A stretch of DNA of 64,000 bases from a bacterium (GCA_003251635.1 QKEW01000013.1:2023-66022), one strand, 5' to 3'. Numbered from the stretch's first letter, positions 10,156-20,878 are shown. Notes: a model not told the origin generated them from the sequence alone. Numbers and translations: made by a program.

Positions 10156-11247
10156 ATGTGGGGATTTTTTCAGCAAAAGAAGAATCGCTTTATTGGCGTT
10201 GATTTCGGAACTTCCGCAATAAAAGTTGTTGAGCTTTCTTATGACAAAAAAAATGCTAAGGCAGTTTTAGAAAACTATGGCTGGTTTGATATGATGGGTG
10301 TATCACAAGATAGTGGAAATCAAACGAAGTTGGTTTATGAAGATAAGTTAAGATCCGCCCTGGTCAACCTCTTGCACGAAATGAATATTGAAAATGAGGA
10401 AGTTAATGTGGCAATTCCAGGATTTAGCGGTTTGGTGATAATGATTGAATTTCCAAAAATGAAAGCGAATGAAATTGCTCAGGCGATTGAATTTGAAGCT
10501 CATCGTTATATTCCAACTCCGATTGAAAACGTTTCCTTAAGTTGGGAAATAGTTGATCGAGAGGGAGCGTCTGAAGAAAATAAAAAAAATTCAAGTGGAA
10601 GATTAAATATTCTATTAGTGGCGGCGCCTAAAAAGGAAATTGAAAAGTATAGTTCCTTACTAAAAGACACGGGACCTAAAATGAGTTCTATTGAATTGGA
10701 AACATTTTCCATAACGCGAGCTTTGATTGGGAGAAGAAAGGGTAATTATCTGATAATGGATATCGGTTCGCGGGCAACTAATATGGTTTTGGTGGAAAAC
10801 GGTATAGTGGTAATAAATCGATCGGTGGATATGGGTGGGGATGATATAACCAATACGATTGCTGACAATTTGAATGTTTCCAAACAAAGAGCTGAAAGTT
10901 TCAAAAAAGAAGGCAAGGATTTTATTAATGACAATGAAGCCCCAATTTTGATACCGGTTTTGGAATTTTTGACGGGTGAAGCCAAGAGAATAATGGCGGC
11001 CTATAAAGAGAAAAATGAAAACGGGGAATTGGACGGATTCATATTATCAGGAGGATCATCAGCCCTGGGTGGAATTGAAAAGTATTTTGAAGATGCTTTG
11101 GGTGTGGACGTTATTATTGGTAATCCTTGGGAAGGAATTCAATATGATGAGCGTTTGGAAGCTAGTATTAAGAGAATCGGATCATCTTTTTCGGTGGCAA
11201 TTGGCCTAGCATTGAGAGGTATTGAGGATGAATTTTCAAGTAATTAA
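10156..11247 (+). CDS. pilM: Type IV pilus assembly protein PilM
   Basis: IGVDFGTSAIKVVEL, actin-like DIGSRAT, LSGGSS, AIGLALR. Confidence 0.9.
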   Translation: MWGFFQQKKNRFIGVDFGTSAIKVVELSYDKKNAKAVLENYGWFDMMGVSQDSGNQTKLVYEDKLRSALVNLLHEMNIENEEVNVAIPGFSGLVIMIEFPKMKANEIAQAIEFEAHRYIPTPIENVSLSWEIVDREGASEENKKNSSGRLNILLVAAPKKEIEKYSSLLKDTGPKMSSIELETFSITRALIGRRKGNYLIMDIGSRATNMVLVENGIVVINRSVDMGGDDITNTIADNLNVSKQRAESFKKEGKDFINDNEAPILIPVLEFLTGEAKRIMAAYKEKNENGELDGFILSGGSSALGGIEKYFEDALGVDVIIGNPWEGIQYDERLEASIKRIGSSFSVAIGLALRGIEDEFSSN

Positions 11248-11277
11248 AATAAAAATAAATAAATAATTTTTAAAAAA

Positions 11278-11811
11278 ATGGCAAATATAAATTTGTACCA
11301 ATCATCAGAAGATGAAGAATTAAAAAATAAGATATTTGTTTTGGGCGGTAGCTTCTTTTGGTCCGGAGGAGTGCTTCTTTTGGTTCTTGCTGCTTTTGTG
11401 GGTCTTAAATTTTTTTCTACCAGTTTGGAACATGATAATACTTCATTAGCGGGACAAATTAGCAAGGAAAATTCTAACTTTGGCGGAAGTGATTTGAATC
11501 GAGTTGTGGATTTCAAAGCCAGAATGGATGAATCGGTTAAAAATATTTCTCAAAAATATCTTAGCGAGAACCTGTTTGGCTCAATTGAAGGTGATGTTGT
11601 TAAGGGCATAAATCTGGTTTCCTTGGATTTTCAATTATCTGAGGGTGGCCAAAAAAGTGTAAGCATGGAGATGATCGGTTTGGATTATAATTCGATTGCC
11701 AAGCAGATTTTGAGTTTTAAGCAAAACGAATCTCTTTCTGAAGTTGTGGTTGGCGATATGGCTCGCTCAGAAGAAGGGATTGAATTTGTTATAACAGCCA
11801 ATCTAAACTAA
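11278..11811 (+). CDS. PilN-like protein
   Basis: INL motif (NINLY), TM helix, directly after pilM. Confidence 0.65.
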   Translation: MANINLYQSSEDEELKNKIFVLGGSFFWSGGVLLLVLAAFVGLKFFSTSLEHDNTSLAGQISKENSNFGGSDLNRVVDFKARMDESVKNISQKYLSENLFGSIEGDVVKGINLVSLDFQLSEGGQKSVSMEMIGLDYNSIAKQILSFKQNESLSEVVVGDMARSEEGIEFVITANLN

Positions 11812-11853
11812 ATTTAATTTGTTCAACATCAATTAATAAATAATAAAAACAAA

Positions 11854-12657
11854 ATGAAATTAAGAATATTACTTTTCCCTTTTATGCTCATTTGTTCAGT
11901 TTTGATAGCTATTTTGTATGTTTGGCCGGAAGTTGAAAATATAAATAGTTTGATGAGTAAAAATAAGGATCTTGAGGATAAGTTGGCATTGATCAAGAGC
12001 AAGAAAACAGCAATCCGCTCACTTAATGAAGGTCTTAGTCAAAGTCCTGAGAATGAGGATTTATTGAAAAAATATTTACCGGAAGAGAGGGTGGAGGAAA
12101 GAGTTGTTGATTCGATTAATTTCTCGGCAGCAAGCTCCAGCGTTTCTTTGATTAATATTTACGTAGATAGACTTGAGAAAAAAAGTTCGGTTGAGGATGA
12201 AGATACGCTTTCTTTACCCAGCTCAAAGATAGCCAAGGCAGTTGAGGAGAGTTACGCTTCCAATGAGGTGGCTGTAGCAAAAGTCCCAATTAATCTGCAA
12301 GACACTATTGTGGTAGCTGAAATATCCGCGCAGTATGATAATATTAAAAACTTTTTGGAAAAAATAGACAGAATTCCGATTATGAGTACCGTTGAGGGCA
12401 TTAAAGTTTCCAAGGTGGATGGTGTGCAGCAGGGATCCGGATCAGTTACCAATCAATTTTTAGTGGCAGATATTGCTATTAATTTCCATAATCTTAAGCC
12501 GATAAAAGTTAATAATAGTTACAATTTTGAAGTTCTTAATTCAAGCAGTTGGGATTTTTCTTCGCTGGATAAAATTACGAGCTTTGTTTCTTCGCAGGGT
12601 GATTATCAATTAGAAGTCGGTGAAAAAGGGAACATTAATCCATTTTTCAATTTATAA
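11854..12657 (+). CDS. PilO-like protein
   Basis: N-terminal TM plus coiled coil, YDNIKNFLEKI, C-terminal NPF; synteny. Confidence 0.6.
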   Translation: MKLRILLFPFMLICSVLIAILYVWPEVENINSLMSKNKDLEDKLALIKSKKTAIRSLNEGLSQSPENEDLLKKYLPEERVEERVVDSINFSAASSSVSLINIYVDRLEKKSSVEDEDTLSLPSSKIAKAVEESYASNEVAVAKVPINLQDTIVVAEISAQYDNIKNFLEKIDRIPIMSTVEGIKVSKVDGVQQGSGSVTNQFLVADIAINFHNLKPIKVNNSYNFEVLNSSSWDFSSLDKITSFVSSQGDYQLEVGEKGNINPFFNL

Positions 12658-14404
12658 TAAATCATTAAATTTAGGAAAAATTTTGGAAAATCAAGATGAA
12701 AAAACTAAAGAGATTTCTCTAGATGATAATCAAGGAGCGGATCAAGGAAAAAGTGCTAGTGGGGAAAATGATTTAGCACAAAAAGCTAATGCTTTGGGCA
12801 TACCTTTTCTAGCTGAGATTCCTGAAATCAAAAAAGGCGCATTGAGTGTTATTTCAGAAGAGCTTGCTAGGAAATATAACATGGCAGCTTTTGAGAAAAA
12901 TGACAAATTGGTAAAGATTTGCATGTTGGATCCGGAGAATTTTGAGGCTTTGAATGTTTTGCGTTTTATTTCGGAAAGCAATGGATTTGAGTTTGAAATT
13001 TATTTAACTTCTGGAAAAATTTTTGGGGAGATTCTGCATCAATACGGTGCTAGCACTGACAAAGTTATTGCTGACGCAGCCAGATCTTTACAAGGGGAAG
13101 AGGATGAAGGATTTATCGGTCCAGATGATAAAAAACAACAAGAGCGGGAAAATATCCAAGACGCTCCTGTTACTAAGTTGCTGAGTGTTATCACGAGGCA
13201 TGCAATTGAAGGCAAAGCCAGTGATATTCACATTGAGCCTATTGATAAGGAATATCGAGTGCGTTTTAGGGTTGATGGAATTTTGCATTCGTCTTTGGTT
13301 GCTCCGAAGGAGGTTGGTCGGGCAGTTGTTTCCAGGATTAAGATTCTTTCCAATTTGAAAATCGACGAGAAAAGAAAACCCCAGGATGGTCGTTTTAAGA
13401 TTATTGAAAATGGAAAAAGTGTAGATTTTCGTGTTTCAACCTTTCCGGTCGTTGAAGGCGAGAAAGTGGTGATGCGTCTTTTGGATAAGGAGGATAAGGG
13501 AGTTGGAATCGAGGGTCTGGGTCTTATGGGTAAGAGTCGAGAAATTTTGGAAAGAGGAATCAAATCTCCTTATGGAATTATTTTGATAACCGGTCCTACT
13601 GGAAGCGGAAAATCAACCACGCTCTATTCTTTTTTACAAATTCTTAATAACGAAGATCGAAATATTGTAACACTGGAAGATCCGGTGGAGTACTCGATCG
13701 GAGGAATTAATCAAAGTCAAGTTAAACCGGAAATTGGATATACTTTTGCCAATGGCTTGCGTTCAATTTTGCGTCAGGATCCAAATGTTATCATGGTTGG
13801 TGAAATTCGAGATGGAGAAACGGCTGAGCTAACTATTCATGCAGCTTTGACTGGTCACTTGGTTTTTTCAACTTTGCACACAAACAGTTCTATTGGAGCA
13901 ATTCCTCGATTAGTGGATATGGGTATTGAGGCTTTCTTACTTTCTTCCTCGCTTCAAATTGTTGCAGCCCAACGTTTGGTGCGAAGAATTTGTGAAAATT
14001 GTAAAGAAGAGATGCATATTCCTAGTAGGATTGCGGAAAATGTCAGAAGTGAATTGAAGGCGGTTGATTCAAAAGAGATTGAAAAATATGGATTGAATAT
14101 AGAAGGATCTGACTTGAAATTTTATCATGGGAAAGGTTGTGATGCTTGTGCTCAATCTGGATACAAAGGACGAATTGCTATTTATGAAGCCTTGGAGGTG
14201 GATGAACAATTGAAGGAAATTATTTCTGATAAGAATGGAAATGAAGGGCACATAGAAGATTATGCTAATAAAAACGGAATGATTGCTATGCGTCAGGATG
14301 GAATTTTGAAGGCGCTTTTGGGAATGACAACTCTTTCAGAAGTTGAAAGAGTCACAAAAGGTAGTCTTTCGGTTGGTGGGGATACGGATGATGATAAAGG
14401 ATAA
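12620..14404 (+). CDS. pilB: Type IV pilus extension ATPase PilB/GspE (start may be TTG 12683)
   Basis: ASDIHIEP, GPTGSGKSTT, LRQDPNVIMVGEIRD, CxxC..CxxC zinc motif. Confidence 0.93.
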   Translation: MKKGTLIHFSIYNKSLNLGKILENQDEKTKEISLDDNQGADQGKSASGENDLAQKANALGIPFLAEIPEIKKGALSVISEELARKYNMAAFEKNDKLVKICMLDPENFEALNVLRFISESNGFEFEIYLTSGKIFGEILHQYGASTDKVIADAARSLQGEEDEGFIGPDDKKQQERENIQDAPVTKLLSVITRHAIEGKASDIHIEPIDKEYRVRFRVDGILHSSLVAPKEVGRAVVSRIKILSNLKIDEKRKPQDGRFKIIENGKSVDFRVSTFPVVEGEKVVMRLLDKEDKGVGIEGLGLMGKSREILERGIKSPYGIILITGPTGSGKSTTLYSFLQILNNEDRNIVTLEDPVEYSIGGINQSQVKPEIGYTFANGLRSILRQDPNVIMVGEIRDGETAELTIHAALTGHLVFSTLHTNSSIGAIPRLVDMGIEAFLLSSSLQIVAAQRLVRRICENCKEEMHIPSRIAENVRSELKAVDSKEIEKYGLNIEGSDLKFYHGKGCDACAQSGYKGRIAIYEALEVDEQLKEIISDKNGNEGHIEDYANKNGMIAMRQDGILKALLGMTTLSEVERVTKGSLSVGGDTDDDKG

Positions 14405-14450
14405 AAACAAGAATGGTAATTTGAAGATTTAAATTTATAATATTTCCAAA

Positions 14451-14831
14451 ATGATAGAAAAAAAGAAAAAAATTATGTTGGTTGAAGACGATATTTTTAT
14501 TCGGGATATATATGAAACCAAATTGAGACAAGAACATTTTGAGGTGCTCATGCTTGATAATGGCCGTGATGCTTTGGATAAAATAGAAGAATTTTTACCA
14601 GACATTATTTTGTTAGACATTGTTATGCCGCACATGGACGGAATGGATTTTTTGAGAGAATTTTTTAAAGATGAAAAGCGAAAAGATATTCCGATAATAA
14701 TCCTTTCAAATTTATCTGACAAGGAAAGGGTTACTAAGGCTCTTTCAATGGGGGCTAAAGATTTTCTGATAAAATCTCATTTTACACCTTCTGAAGTTGT
14801 GGGTAAGGTTAACATGTTGTTGCGAAAATAA
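14451..14831 (+). CDS. Single-domain response regulator (receiver only)
   Basis: LVEDD, LLDIVMPHMDG, FLIK. Confidence 0.9.
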   Translation: MIEKKKKIMLVEDDIFIRDIYETKLRQEHFEVLMLDNGRDALDKIEEFLPDIILLDIVMPHMDGMDFLREFFKDEKRKDIPIIILSNLSDKERVTKALSMGAKDFLIKSHFTPSEVVGKVNMLLRK

Positions 14832-14903
14832 AAATTTGGTATAATTGATTTGTGAAGTTTGTTTTTGAATATTTAGACTTGAAATAAAAATAAAAATAAA
14901 AAG

Positions 14904-15977
14904 ATGGAACATAGTGAACAAAAAATAAAAAATCTTTTGCGAATTGTGGCTCAACAAAATGCATCGGATCTGCATTTGGTAGTTGGTCGTTACCCAACAG
15001 TTAGGATTGATGGAAAACTGATCCCGTTGTCTCAAGAATCTTTCCTGACTCATGATGACACCAAGGATTTGGCGGATGCAATCATGAGTGATGACAATAA
15101 AAAAGAATTGGCAGACAAGGGTCAGGTTGATTTTTCCTATAATTTTGATGACAAAGCTAGATTCAGAGTCAATGTTTTTTATCAAAAGGGAAATGTCAGC
15201 GTGACTATGCGTTTGATTACCAGTAAGATCAGGAGTTTGGAAGAGTTGAGTTTGCCAACCATGCTTTATGAGTTTATGCGTTACACTCAAGGGTTGCTTT
15301 TGGTAACAGGCCCGGTCGGTCACGGTAAGTCTACTAGTTGTGCGGCTCTTTTGGATTATTTGAATCACAACGATGATAAGCACATAATAACTATTGAAGA
15401 TCCGATAGAATATATTCATGAACAAGATCGCTGTATAATTAATCAAAGAGAAGTTGGGCAGGACACCCATTCTTTTAGCGATGGTTTGCGCGCGGTTTTT
15501 CGTGAAGATGCCAATGTTGTTTTGATTGGTGAAATGCGCGATCTGGATACTATCAGCACAGCAATTACAGCGGCTGAAACAGGTCATTTGATCATAGCAA
15601 CTTTGCATACTAACTCAGCCTCCCAAACCATTGATCGTATCGTGGATGTTTTTCCGGCTCATCAACAAAATCAGATTAGATCACAGTTAGCCAGTGTTTT
15701 ATTGGGAATTACTTCTCAGCGTTTGGTTCCGAAAGTGGGCGGAGGTCGAATTCCGGCTTTGGAAATTCTGATCAAAAATAGCGCGGTGGAAAATTTGATT
15801 CGTGAAAATAAATCTTACCAACTTGATTCAGTAATAGAAACCAGTTTAAAGAGTGGCATGATATCTTTGGATAAATCTCTGGCTAATTTGGTTCAGAGAG
15901 GGATAATTTCAGTGGAAGATGCTTTTGTCTATGCTGCTAATGGAGAATATTTGCAGATGTTGATAAATAAAAAATAA
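14904..15977 (+). CDS. pilT: Retraction ATPase PilT
   Basis: ASDLHL, GPVGHGKST, AAETGHL, AVENLIRE. Confidence 0.92.
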   Translation: MEHSEQKIKNLLRIVAQQNASDLHLVVGRYPTVRIDGKLIPLSQESFLTHDDTKDLADAIMSDDNKKELADKGQVDFSYNFDDKARFRVNVFYQKGNVSVTMRLITSKIRSLEELSLPTMLYEFMRYTQGLLLVTGPVGHGKSTSCAALLDYLNHNDDKHIITIEDPIEYIHEQDRCIINQREVGQDTHSFSDGLRAVFREDANVVLIGEMRDLDTISTAITAAETGHLIIATLHTNSASQTIDRIVDVFPAHQQNQIRSQLASVLLGITSQRLVPKVGGGRIPALEILIKNSAVENLIRENKSYQLDSVIETSLKSGMISLDKSLANLVQRGIISVEDAFVYAANGEYLQMLINKK

Positions 15978-15991
15978 AACACGAATTTAAT

Positions 15992-17203
15992 ATGAAATTT
16001 GTTTTTAAAGCTAAAGATTCAGAAGGAGTCGTTAAAAGTGGTCAAATTGAAGCCTCCAATAAGACCGAGGCTATCAATCTTTTGCAAGAGAAAAATTTTA
16101 TACCCCTTTCTGTTATAGAGGAAAAAGAATCCCGGGATTTTTTGCATAGCATTGAAAAGATTTGGAATGGAGTTGGGCAAAGAGATTTGGTAGTTTTTTA
16201 TCGGCAGTTCGCCACGTTGGTTGAAGCTAAAGTGGCGATAACCACTGCTTTACGGGCAATTGAAGATCAAACTGACAACAAGGTTTTGAGTCAGATTTTA
16301 CTTGAAATGATTGGAGACATTGAAGATGGTATGGCTTTATCTGAAAGCATGATCAAACATAAAAATGTTTTTTCTTTGTTGGCTATAAATATGGTAAGAG
16401 CCGGGGAAATTTCTGGAAATTTGCAGAAATCCATAGAGTTTATCGCTGACAATACTGAGCGGACCTATCAGTTGAATTCCAAAATTAAATCAGCCCTAAC
16501 TTATCCAGGTTTTATTTTGACGGCAGCTTTGGTTATTGGTTTTTTAGTTTTCACGATAATTTTGCCGAAATTAACCAAGATTTTTGATGATATGGATGTT
16601 GAAATTCCTTGGTACACTACTTTGATTATGAATATTGGTAATTTTATGCAATCTTTCTGGTGGTTGGTTTTGATTGTGATTTTAGGAGGAGTTTTTGGGA
16701 TTTTGTATTACATCAAAACTGATTCTGGAAGAGAGGAATTTGACCATATTAAGCTCAAGATTCCAATAGTCAGTAAAATGTTTAAATTCGTTTATATCTC
16801 ACGTTTTTCCGAAAATCTCTCAGTTCTTTTGATTGGTGGAATTCCGATCGTTAAGGCATTGATGATTGTGGCGGACATTGTTAATAATAGTGTTTACAAA
16901 AAAGTTATCCTCAAGGCAGCCGAGGAAGTTAAAACTGGCGGGGCGATGAGTAGCGTTTTTGCTAAAAACCCGGAGTTTCCGCCAATTCTGGCCAAAATGA
17001 TTAAGGTTGGTGAAGAAAGTGGAAAGGTTAGTGATGTTTTGAAAAATATTTATACTTTTTATGAACAGGAATTGGATCGAATGACTAAAAATATGACATC
17101 TTTGATTGAACCGATTTTGATTGTTGTTTTGGGAATTGGTGTGGCGATTTTAGTGGTGGCAATTTTGATGCCAATTTACAATATCACGTCACATATTCAG
17201 TAA
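15992..17203 (+). CDS. pilC: Type IV pilus platform protein PilC (T2SS F family)
   Basis: AGEISGNL, SALTYP, GEESG, LIEPILIV. Confidence 0.92.
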   Translation: MKFVFKAKDSEGVVKSGQIEASNKTEAINLLQEKNFIPLSVIEEKESRDFLHSIEKIWNGVGQRDLVVFYRQFATLVEAKVAITTALRAIEDQTDNKVLSQILLEMIGDIEDGMALSESMIKHKNVFSLLAINMVRAGEISGNLQKSIEFIADNTERTYQLNSKIKSALTYPGFILTAALVIGFLVFTIILPKLTKIFDDMDVEIPWYTTLIMNIGNFMQSFWWLVLIVILGGVFGILYYIKTDSGREEFDHIKLKIPIVSKMFKFVYISRFSENLSVLLIGGIPIVKALMIVADIVNNSVYKKVILKAAEEVKTGGAMSSVFAKNPEFPPILAKMIKVGEESGKVSDVLKNIYTFYEQELDRMTKNMTSLIEPILIVVLGIGVAILVVAILMPIYNITSHIQ

Positions 17204-17346
17204 TTAATGCTGGTTTTTTATTAAGATAATTGAGAGAAAATAGAATATAAAAATATAAGAGAAATTTTTGGGGATTAGTGGGTTTGGGCAAATTTGGCTC
17301 GTTAATCAATGAAGATTCTCTTTTAAAAAGAAAGGAGGTGTGATAT

Positions 17347-17754
17347 ATGCAAAAAGTTAAAAAAGGCTTTACTTTGATCGAACTCTTGATCGTGATTGCG
17401 ATCATTGGTATCTTGGCTTCAATTGTGTTGGTAAGTTTGTCTAGTGCTCGAGAAAAAGCCAACATTGCCGCTTATAAGGCTCAGGTTCATTCGTTTCAGG
17501 CTGCTGCTACATTAAGCTGTGATTCTGATGCTAATGGAACTTTGGCTGATGGAGAAGTACCTACGCCAACCTCAAATAGTAAGATGGGCACTTTAACATA
17601 TACAACATCAAGTTGTGGTGTTAATGGAGCTGGAACATTTACTATAAATGTTGAATCTATAGATTTGGGATCTTCAGCTGCAGCAACTGCTTGTGAAACA
17701 GCTGACGGAACAGCTATAACTGAAACAGGAGTAGTTTTCCCTTCTGGATGTTAG
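17347..17754 (+). CDS. Type IV pilin, probably the major pilin
   Basis: KKGFTLIELLIVIAIIGILA; strong SD AAAGGAGGTG; own terminator. Confidence 0.88.
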   Translation: MQKVKKGFTLIELLIVIAIIGILASIVLVSLSSAREKANIAAYKAQVHSFQAAATLSCDSDANGTLADGEVPTPTSNSKMGTLTYTTSSCGVNGAGTFTINVESIDLGSSAAATACETADGTAITETGVVFPSGC

Positions 17755-17773
17755 TTTTGGAGTGCGTGTTTTT

Positions 17774-17813
17774 ACAAAAACAAAAAGCGGATTTTTCCGC
17801 TTTTTGTTTTTGT
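17774..17813 (+). terminator. Intrinsic terminator after pilin
   Basis: ACAAAAACAAAAAGCGGA / TCCGCTTTTTGTTTTTGT inverted repeat. Confidence 0.8.
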
Positions 17814-17842
17814 GTTACAATTAAGAAAAGTAAAAAACAAAA

Positions 17843-18250
17843 ATGACTTCAACCAAAGGTTTTTCCTTAATTGAATTATTGGTTACAATTTCTATAATCG
17901 GTATATTAGCATCAATAGTGCTGGTTGCAATTAGTGGAGTTCGTAATAAAGCCAAAGATGCTTCGTTTAAAAGCACGGCTTCTTCGATTAATGCGGCAAT
18001 TTTACAGTGCTGTGATGATGATGGTGAAATTCAAGCAAAAGGTGTGGGTGGTGGTGGGTCAGTGGCGGTTTGCGATTTGGATACCGGAACATTTTATCCG
18101 AATGATGATCATCTGGGAACAGCCGCGATTGGCAGTGCTTGTGCGGCTGGACAATATGAAGTCACGATAACTCCCGGTGCAAAAAATGCCGGAGATTGCA
18201 CCAGCGCGACATTGAATCAGTCTGGCGTAGTTTCCTATGAGGGTTGTTAG
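17843..18250 (+). CDS. Type IV pilin paralogue
   Basis: KGFSLIELLVTISIIGILA; Cys pattern similar to the upstream pilin. Confidence 0.85.
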   Translation: MTSTKGFSLIELLVTISIIGILASIVLVAISGVRNKAKDASFKSTASSINAAILQCCDDDGEIQAKGVGGGGSVAVCDLDTGTFYPNDDHLGTAAIGSACAAGQYEVTITPGAKNAGDCTSATLNQSGVVSYEGC

Positions 18251-18296
18251 AAGTGTGTTATAATGAAATCGGTTGATAAAATTAAAGAAAAAAATA

Positions 18297-19094
18297 ATGA
18301 TTTTTGCATTTTTTATTTTGGGTCTCATTATTGGGAGTTTTCTGAATGCGGTAATTTATAGACTTAAGGCGGTGGAATCTCTATGGGAGCGTTCCCATTG
18401 TCCGAAGTGCCGAAAGAAAATCAGTTGGCATGATAATATCCCACTACTTTCTTTTGTTTTGTTGTCAGGCAGATGTCGATCTTGTGGTGAAACGATTTCT
18501 TGGGCCTATCCCTTGACTGAGTTTTTCACGGGCGTTTTGTTTGCTTTGGTGGCTAGTTGCTTTTTTGTTCTTGGCGACGCAACAACCTATTTGCCAACTT
18601 TGTTTTATTTGATTATTTTTTCTCTTTTGATAATAATTTTTGTTTACGATTTTCAATATATGGAAATCCCTATGTTGATTTTCTGGTTGGCAACCGGAAT
18701 TTCAATTTTATATTATTTGATTATTGACTGGGGTATTTTCCAATCACAAGCCGGAGGTTTTTCTTTGAATCTTTTTTCCGGTGTTTTAGCTGGTGCGATC
18801 GTGGCTGCCCTGTTTTTTGTTTTAACTTATTTTTCCAAGGAAACCTGGATGGGCTACGGAGATGTTTATATGGGTTTTTTGGTTGGACTACTGGTTGGTT
18901 GGCCGGCAGTATTTTTATCGTTGACTTTGTCTTTCACGATCGGAGCTTTATTTGGAGTTGGCTTGGTTTTGTTTAGTCGCAGAACCATGAAGAGTCAAGT
19001 TCCTTTTGCTCCTTTTCTAATTTTTGGAATTATTCTAACGATTTTATTGCCAGAAATCTTTCCCAAGTTAGGATCCTTTCTTTTCTATATGTAG
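18297..19094 (+). CDS. pilD: Prepilin peptidase
   Basis: GSFLNAVIYR, two CxxC motifs, MGYGD, PFAPFL. Confidence 0.92.
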   Translation: MIFAFFILGLIIGSFLNAVIYRLKAVESLWERSHCPKCRKKISWHDNIPLLSFVLLSGRCRSCGETISWAYPLTEFFTGVLFALVASCFFVLGDATTYLPTLFYLIIFSLLIIIFVYDFQYMEIPMLIFWLATGISILYYLIIDWGIFQSQAGGFSLNLFSGVLAGAIVAALFFVLTYFSKETWMGYGDVYMGFLVGLLVGWPAVFLSLTLSFTIGALFGVGLVLFSRRTMKSQVPFAPFLIFGIILTILLPEIFPKLGSFLFYM

Positions 19095-19106
19095 GTTTAA
19101 ATTGCT

Positions 19107-19700
19107 ATGAAATTAATAAATAAAAATAAATTAGGATTTAGTCATTCGGTGAGGCGAGGTTTTTCTTTGGTTGAGTTGCTGATGACTATTTTTATTTTAT
19201 TAGTTGCGATTGGTATTTCAGTGGCATCTTTTTCCAATACAAAACAAATTGATCAAGTTGAGGCAGCTGCTCGAAGAATTGCCAGTATTCTTCGTGAATC
19301 CCAAAATAACTCTTTGGTTGGAAAACAACAGTTTGAAAGTGGAGATTTGGTCAATACTTGCTTGAACGGAGTCGAATGGAATGAAAGTTATACGGACAGA
19401 ATTGTTTTGGAAAAATTTTATGTAGCCAGTAGTAGCGGTGCCTGCTCAACTTCAAATCGCAGCACTAACATTGAAAAAGAAGAATTGGAAGGAGTTGTTT
19501 TGTCTGGAGCGGCAGCTGATTCGATGGTTTATTTCACTGTTCCGAGCGGCAGGGTTGCTGTTTCGGGTTTTACTGCTTCAGGTGGTGCTATGGCTGGACT
19601 GAAGATTGAGTCAATTGCTGACAGTTCAGTGGAGGCGATGGTTTGTGTTTATTCTTCGGGCAGAATTGAGGAGGTATTGGGTGAGGCTAATTGTCCTTAA
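19107..19700 (+). CDS. Minor pilin (FimT/GspH-like)
   Basis: RRGFSLVELL prepilin motif. Confidence 0.75.
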   Translation: MKLINKNKLGFSHSVRRGFSLVELLMTIFILLVAIGISVASFSNTKQIDQVEAAARRIASILRESQNNSLVGKQQFESGDLVNTCLNGVEWNESYTDRIVLEKFYVASSSGACSTSNRSTNIEKEELEGVVLSGAAADSMVYFTVPSGRVAVSGFTASGGAMAGLKIESIADSSVEAMVCVYSSGRIEEVLGEANCP

Positions 19701-19708
19701 ATATTTTC

Positions 19709-20242
19709 ATGAAAACAAAAAAACAAATCAAGATCGAAAAAGGCTTTTCTTTGTTGGAAGTTATAATTGCCCTTTTCATATTGTCAATTGGAATTGTAGG
19801 AATGCTTACGCTAATTTCCATGTCAATTAAGGATTCAGCTGAGGCTCGAGACAGTATTGTGGCTTCTCAGCTAGCTCAAGAAGGCATTGAACTGATACGC
19901 AATAAAAGAGACAGCAATATACTTTCTGGGGCATCTGATGTGTTTGAAGATATTGATGTTGACAATGACTGTTTGGTTGATATTGAGAGTGGAATTGTTT
20001 GCAATAAATCTGATTTTAGGTTGAATTACGTTGATGTTGATGGGGTTATAACTTTTCTGCACTCAAATGGAACAGCCACTAAATTTAACAGAAAGATGGT
20101 AATTGCTAGAACCAGTGGGCAACTTTCGGTTCGAAGTTTGGTTTACTGGGGAAGTGTCGTTCCTCTTGCCAATGGAAGTAATTGTAATAATTTAAATCAA
20201 TGTATCTATGCTGAAAGTATGTTGACGGATTGGTCTAGTTGA
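19709..20242 (+). CDS. Minor pilin (PilV-like)
   Basis: KGFSLLEVIIA; ASQLAQEGIELIRN. Confidence 0.78.
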   Translation: MKTKKQIKIEKGFSLLEVIIALFILSIGIVGMLTLISMSIKDSAEARDSIVASQLAQEGIELIRNKRDSNILSGASDVFEDIDVDNDCLVDIESGIVCNKSDFRLNYVDVDGVITFLHSNGTATKFNRKMVIARTSGQLSVRSLVYWGSVVPLANGSNCNNLNQCIYAESMLTDWSS

Positions 20243-20262
20243 TTAATTGTTTTAATAAAATA

Positions 20263-20850
20263 ATGTTCAAATTTTATTTAAAATCTGGTTGTGTGAAAAA
20301 CAAAAATTCCAAGGGTTTTTCCCTGATTGAAATTTTAATAGCCCTTTTTGTTTTTTCGATTTTGGTAACAACAGTTTCTGGCGTTTACGTTGGTTTTTTA
20401 TCGAGTCAAATAAAAGCCAGGGAAATTCAGCGAAGCCTGGAGAGCGCTCAAGCTGTTTTGAATAATTTATCCAAGACCTTTCGAACCAGTAAAATTGTTC
20501 TTCCTGCTTCATCGTCCACTGTTACTGCTGTTAGGATATTTGATTATTCTAAATCTTCACTGGAAGATGCTTGCATTGAATATTCCGTAACTGATGAGAA
20601 ATTGACTGTGAAATCTGCTAACTTAGTGGAAGCGGCTTGTACGGGGACGGTTGATTTGGGCGATGAAGTTTCCTTGATTGAGGGGCGGGTTTTCGGTGGA
20701 TTTTTGGTTGATTTGAATAATAGTACTGAAGTTGGAAAAATCACCATACCTCTTAAAATTTGTCCTCAGGGCAGTGTTGATTCTTATTGCAGCGCTACAT
20801 CCGGTAATGCTGTTAGTATTCAGACAACCGTTTCTTTGAGAGCGAATTAG
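20263..20850 (+). CDS. Minor pilin (PilW/PulJ-like)
   Basis: KGFSLIEILIA; C-terminal QTTVSLR. Confidence 0.75.
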   Translation: MFKFYLKSGCVKNKNSKGFSLIEILIALFVFSILVTTVSGVYVGFLSSQIKAREIQRSLESAQAVLNNLSKTFRTSKIVLPASSSTVTAVRIFDYSKSSLEDACIEYSVTDEKLTVKSANLVEAACTGTVDLGDEVSLIEGRVFGGFLVDLNNSTEVGKITIPLKICPQGSVDSYCSATSGNAVSIQTTVSLRAN

Positions 20851-20878
20851 AAAATATTCCCAAGCCGTGCTATAATAG

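Noticed and set aside
10156-20850. Missing PilQ/PilP in the pilus cluster
   Set aside because: Expected for a monoderm CPR envelope.
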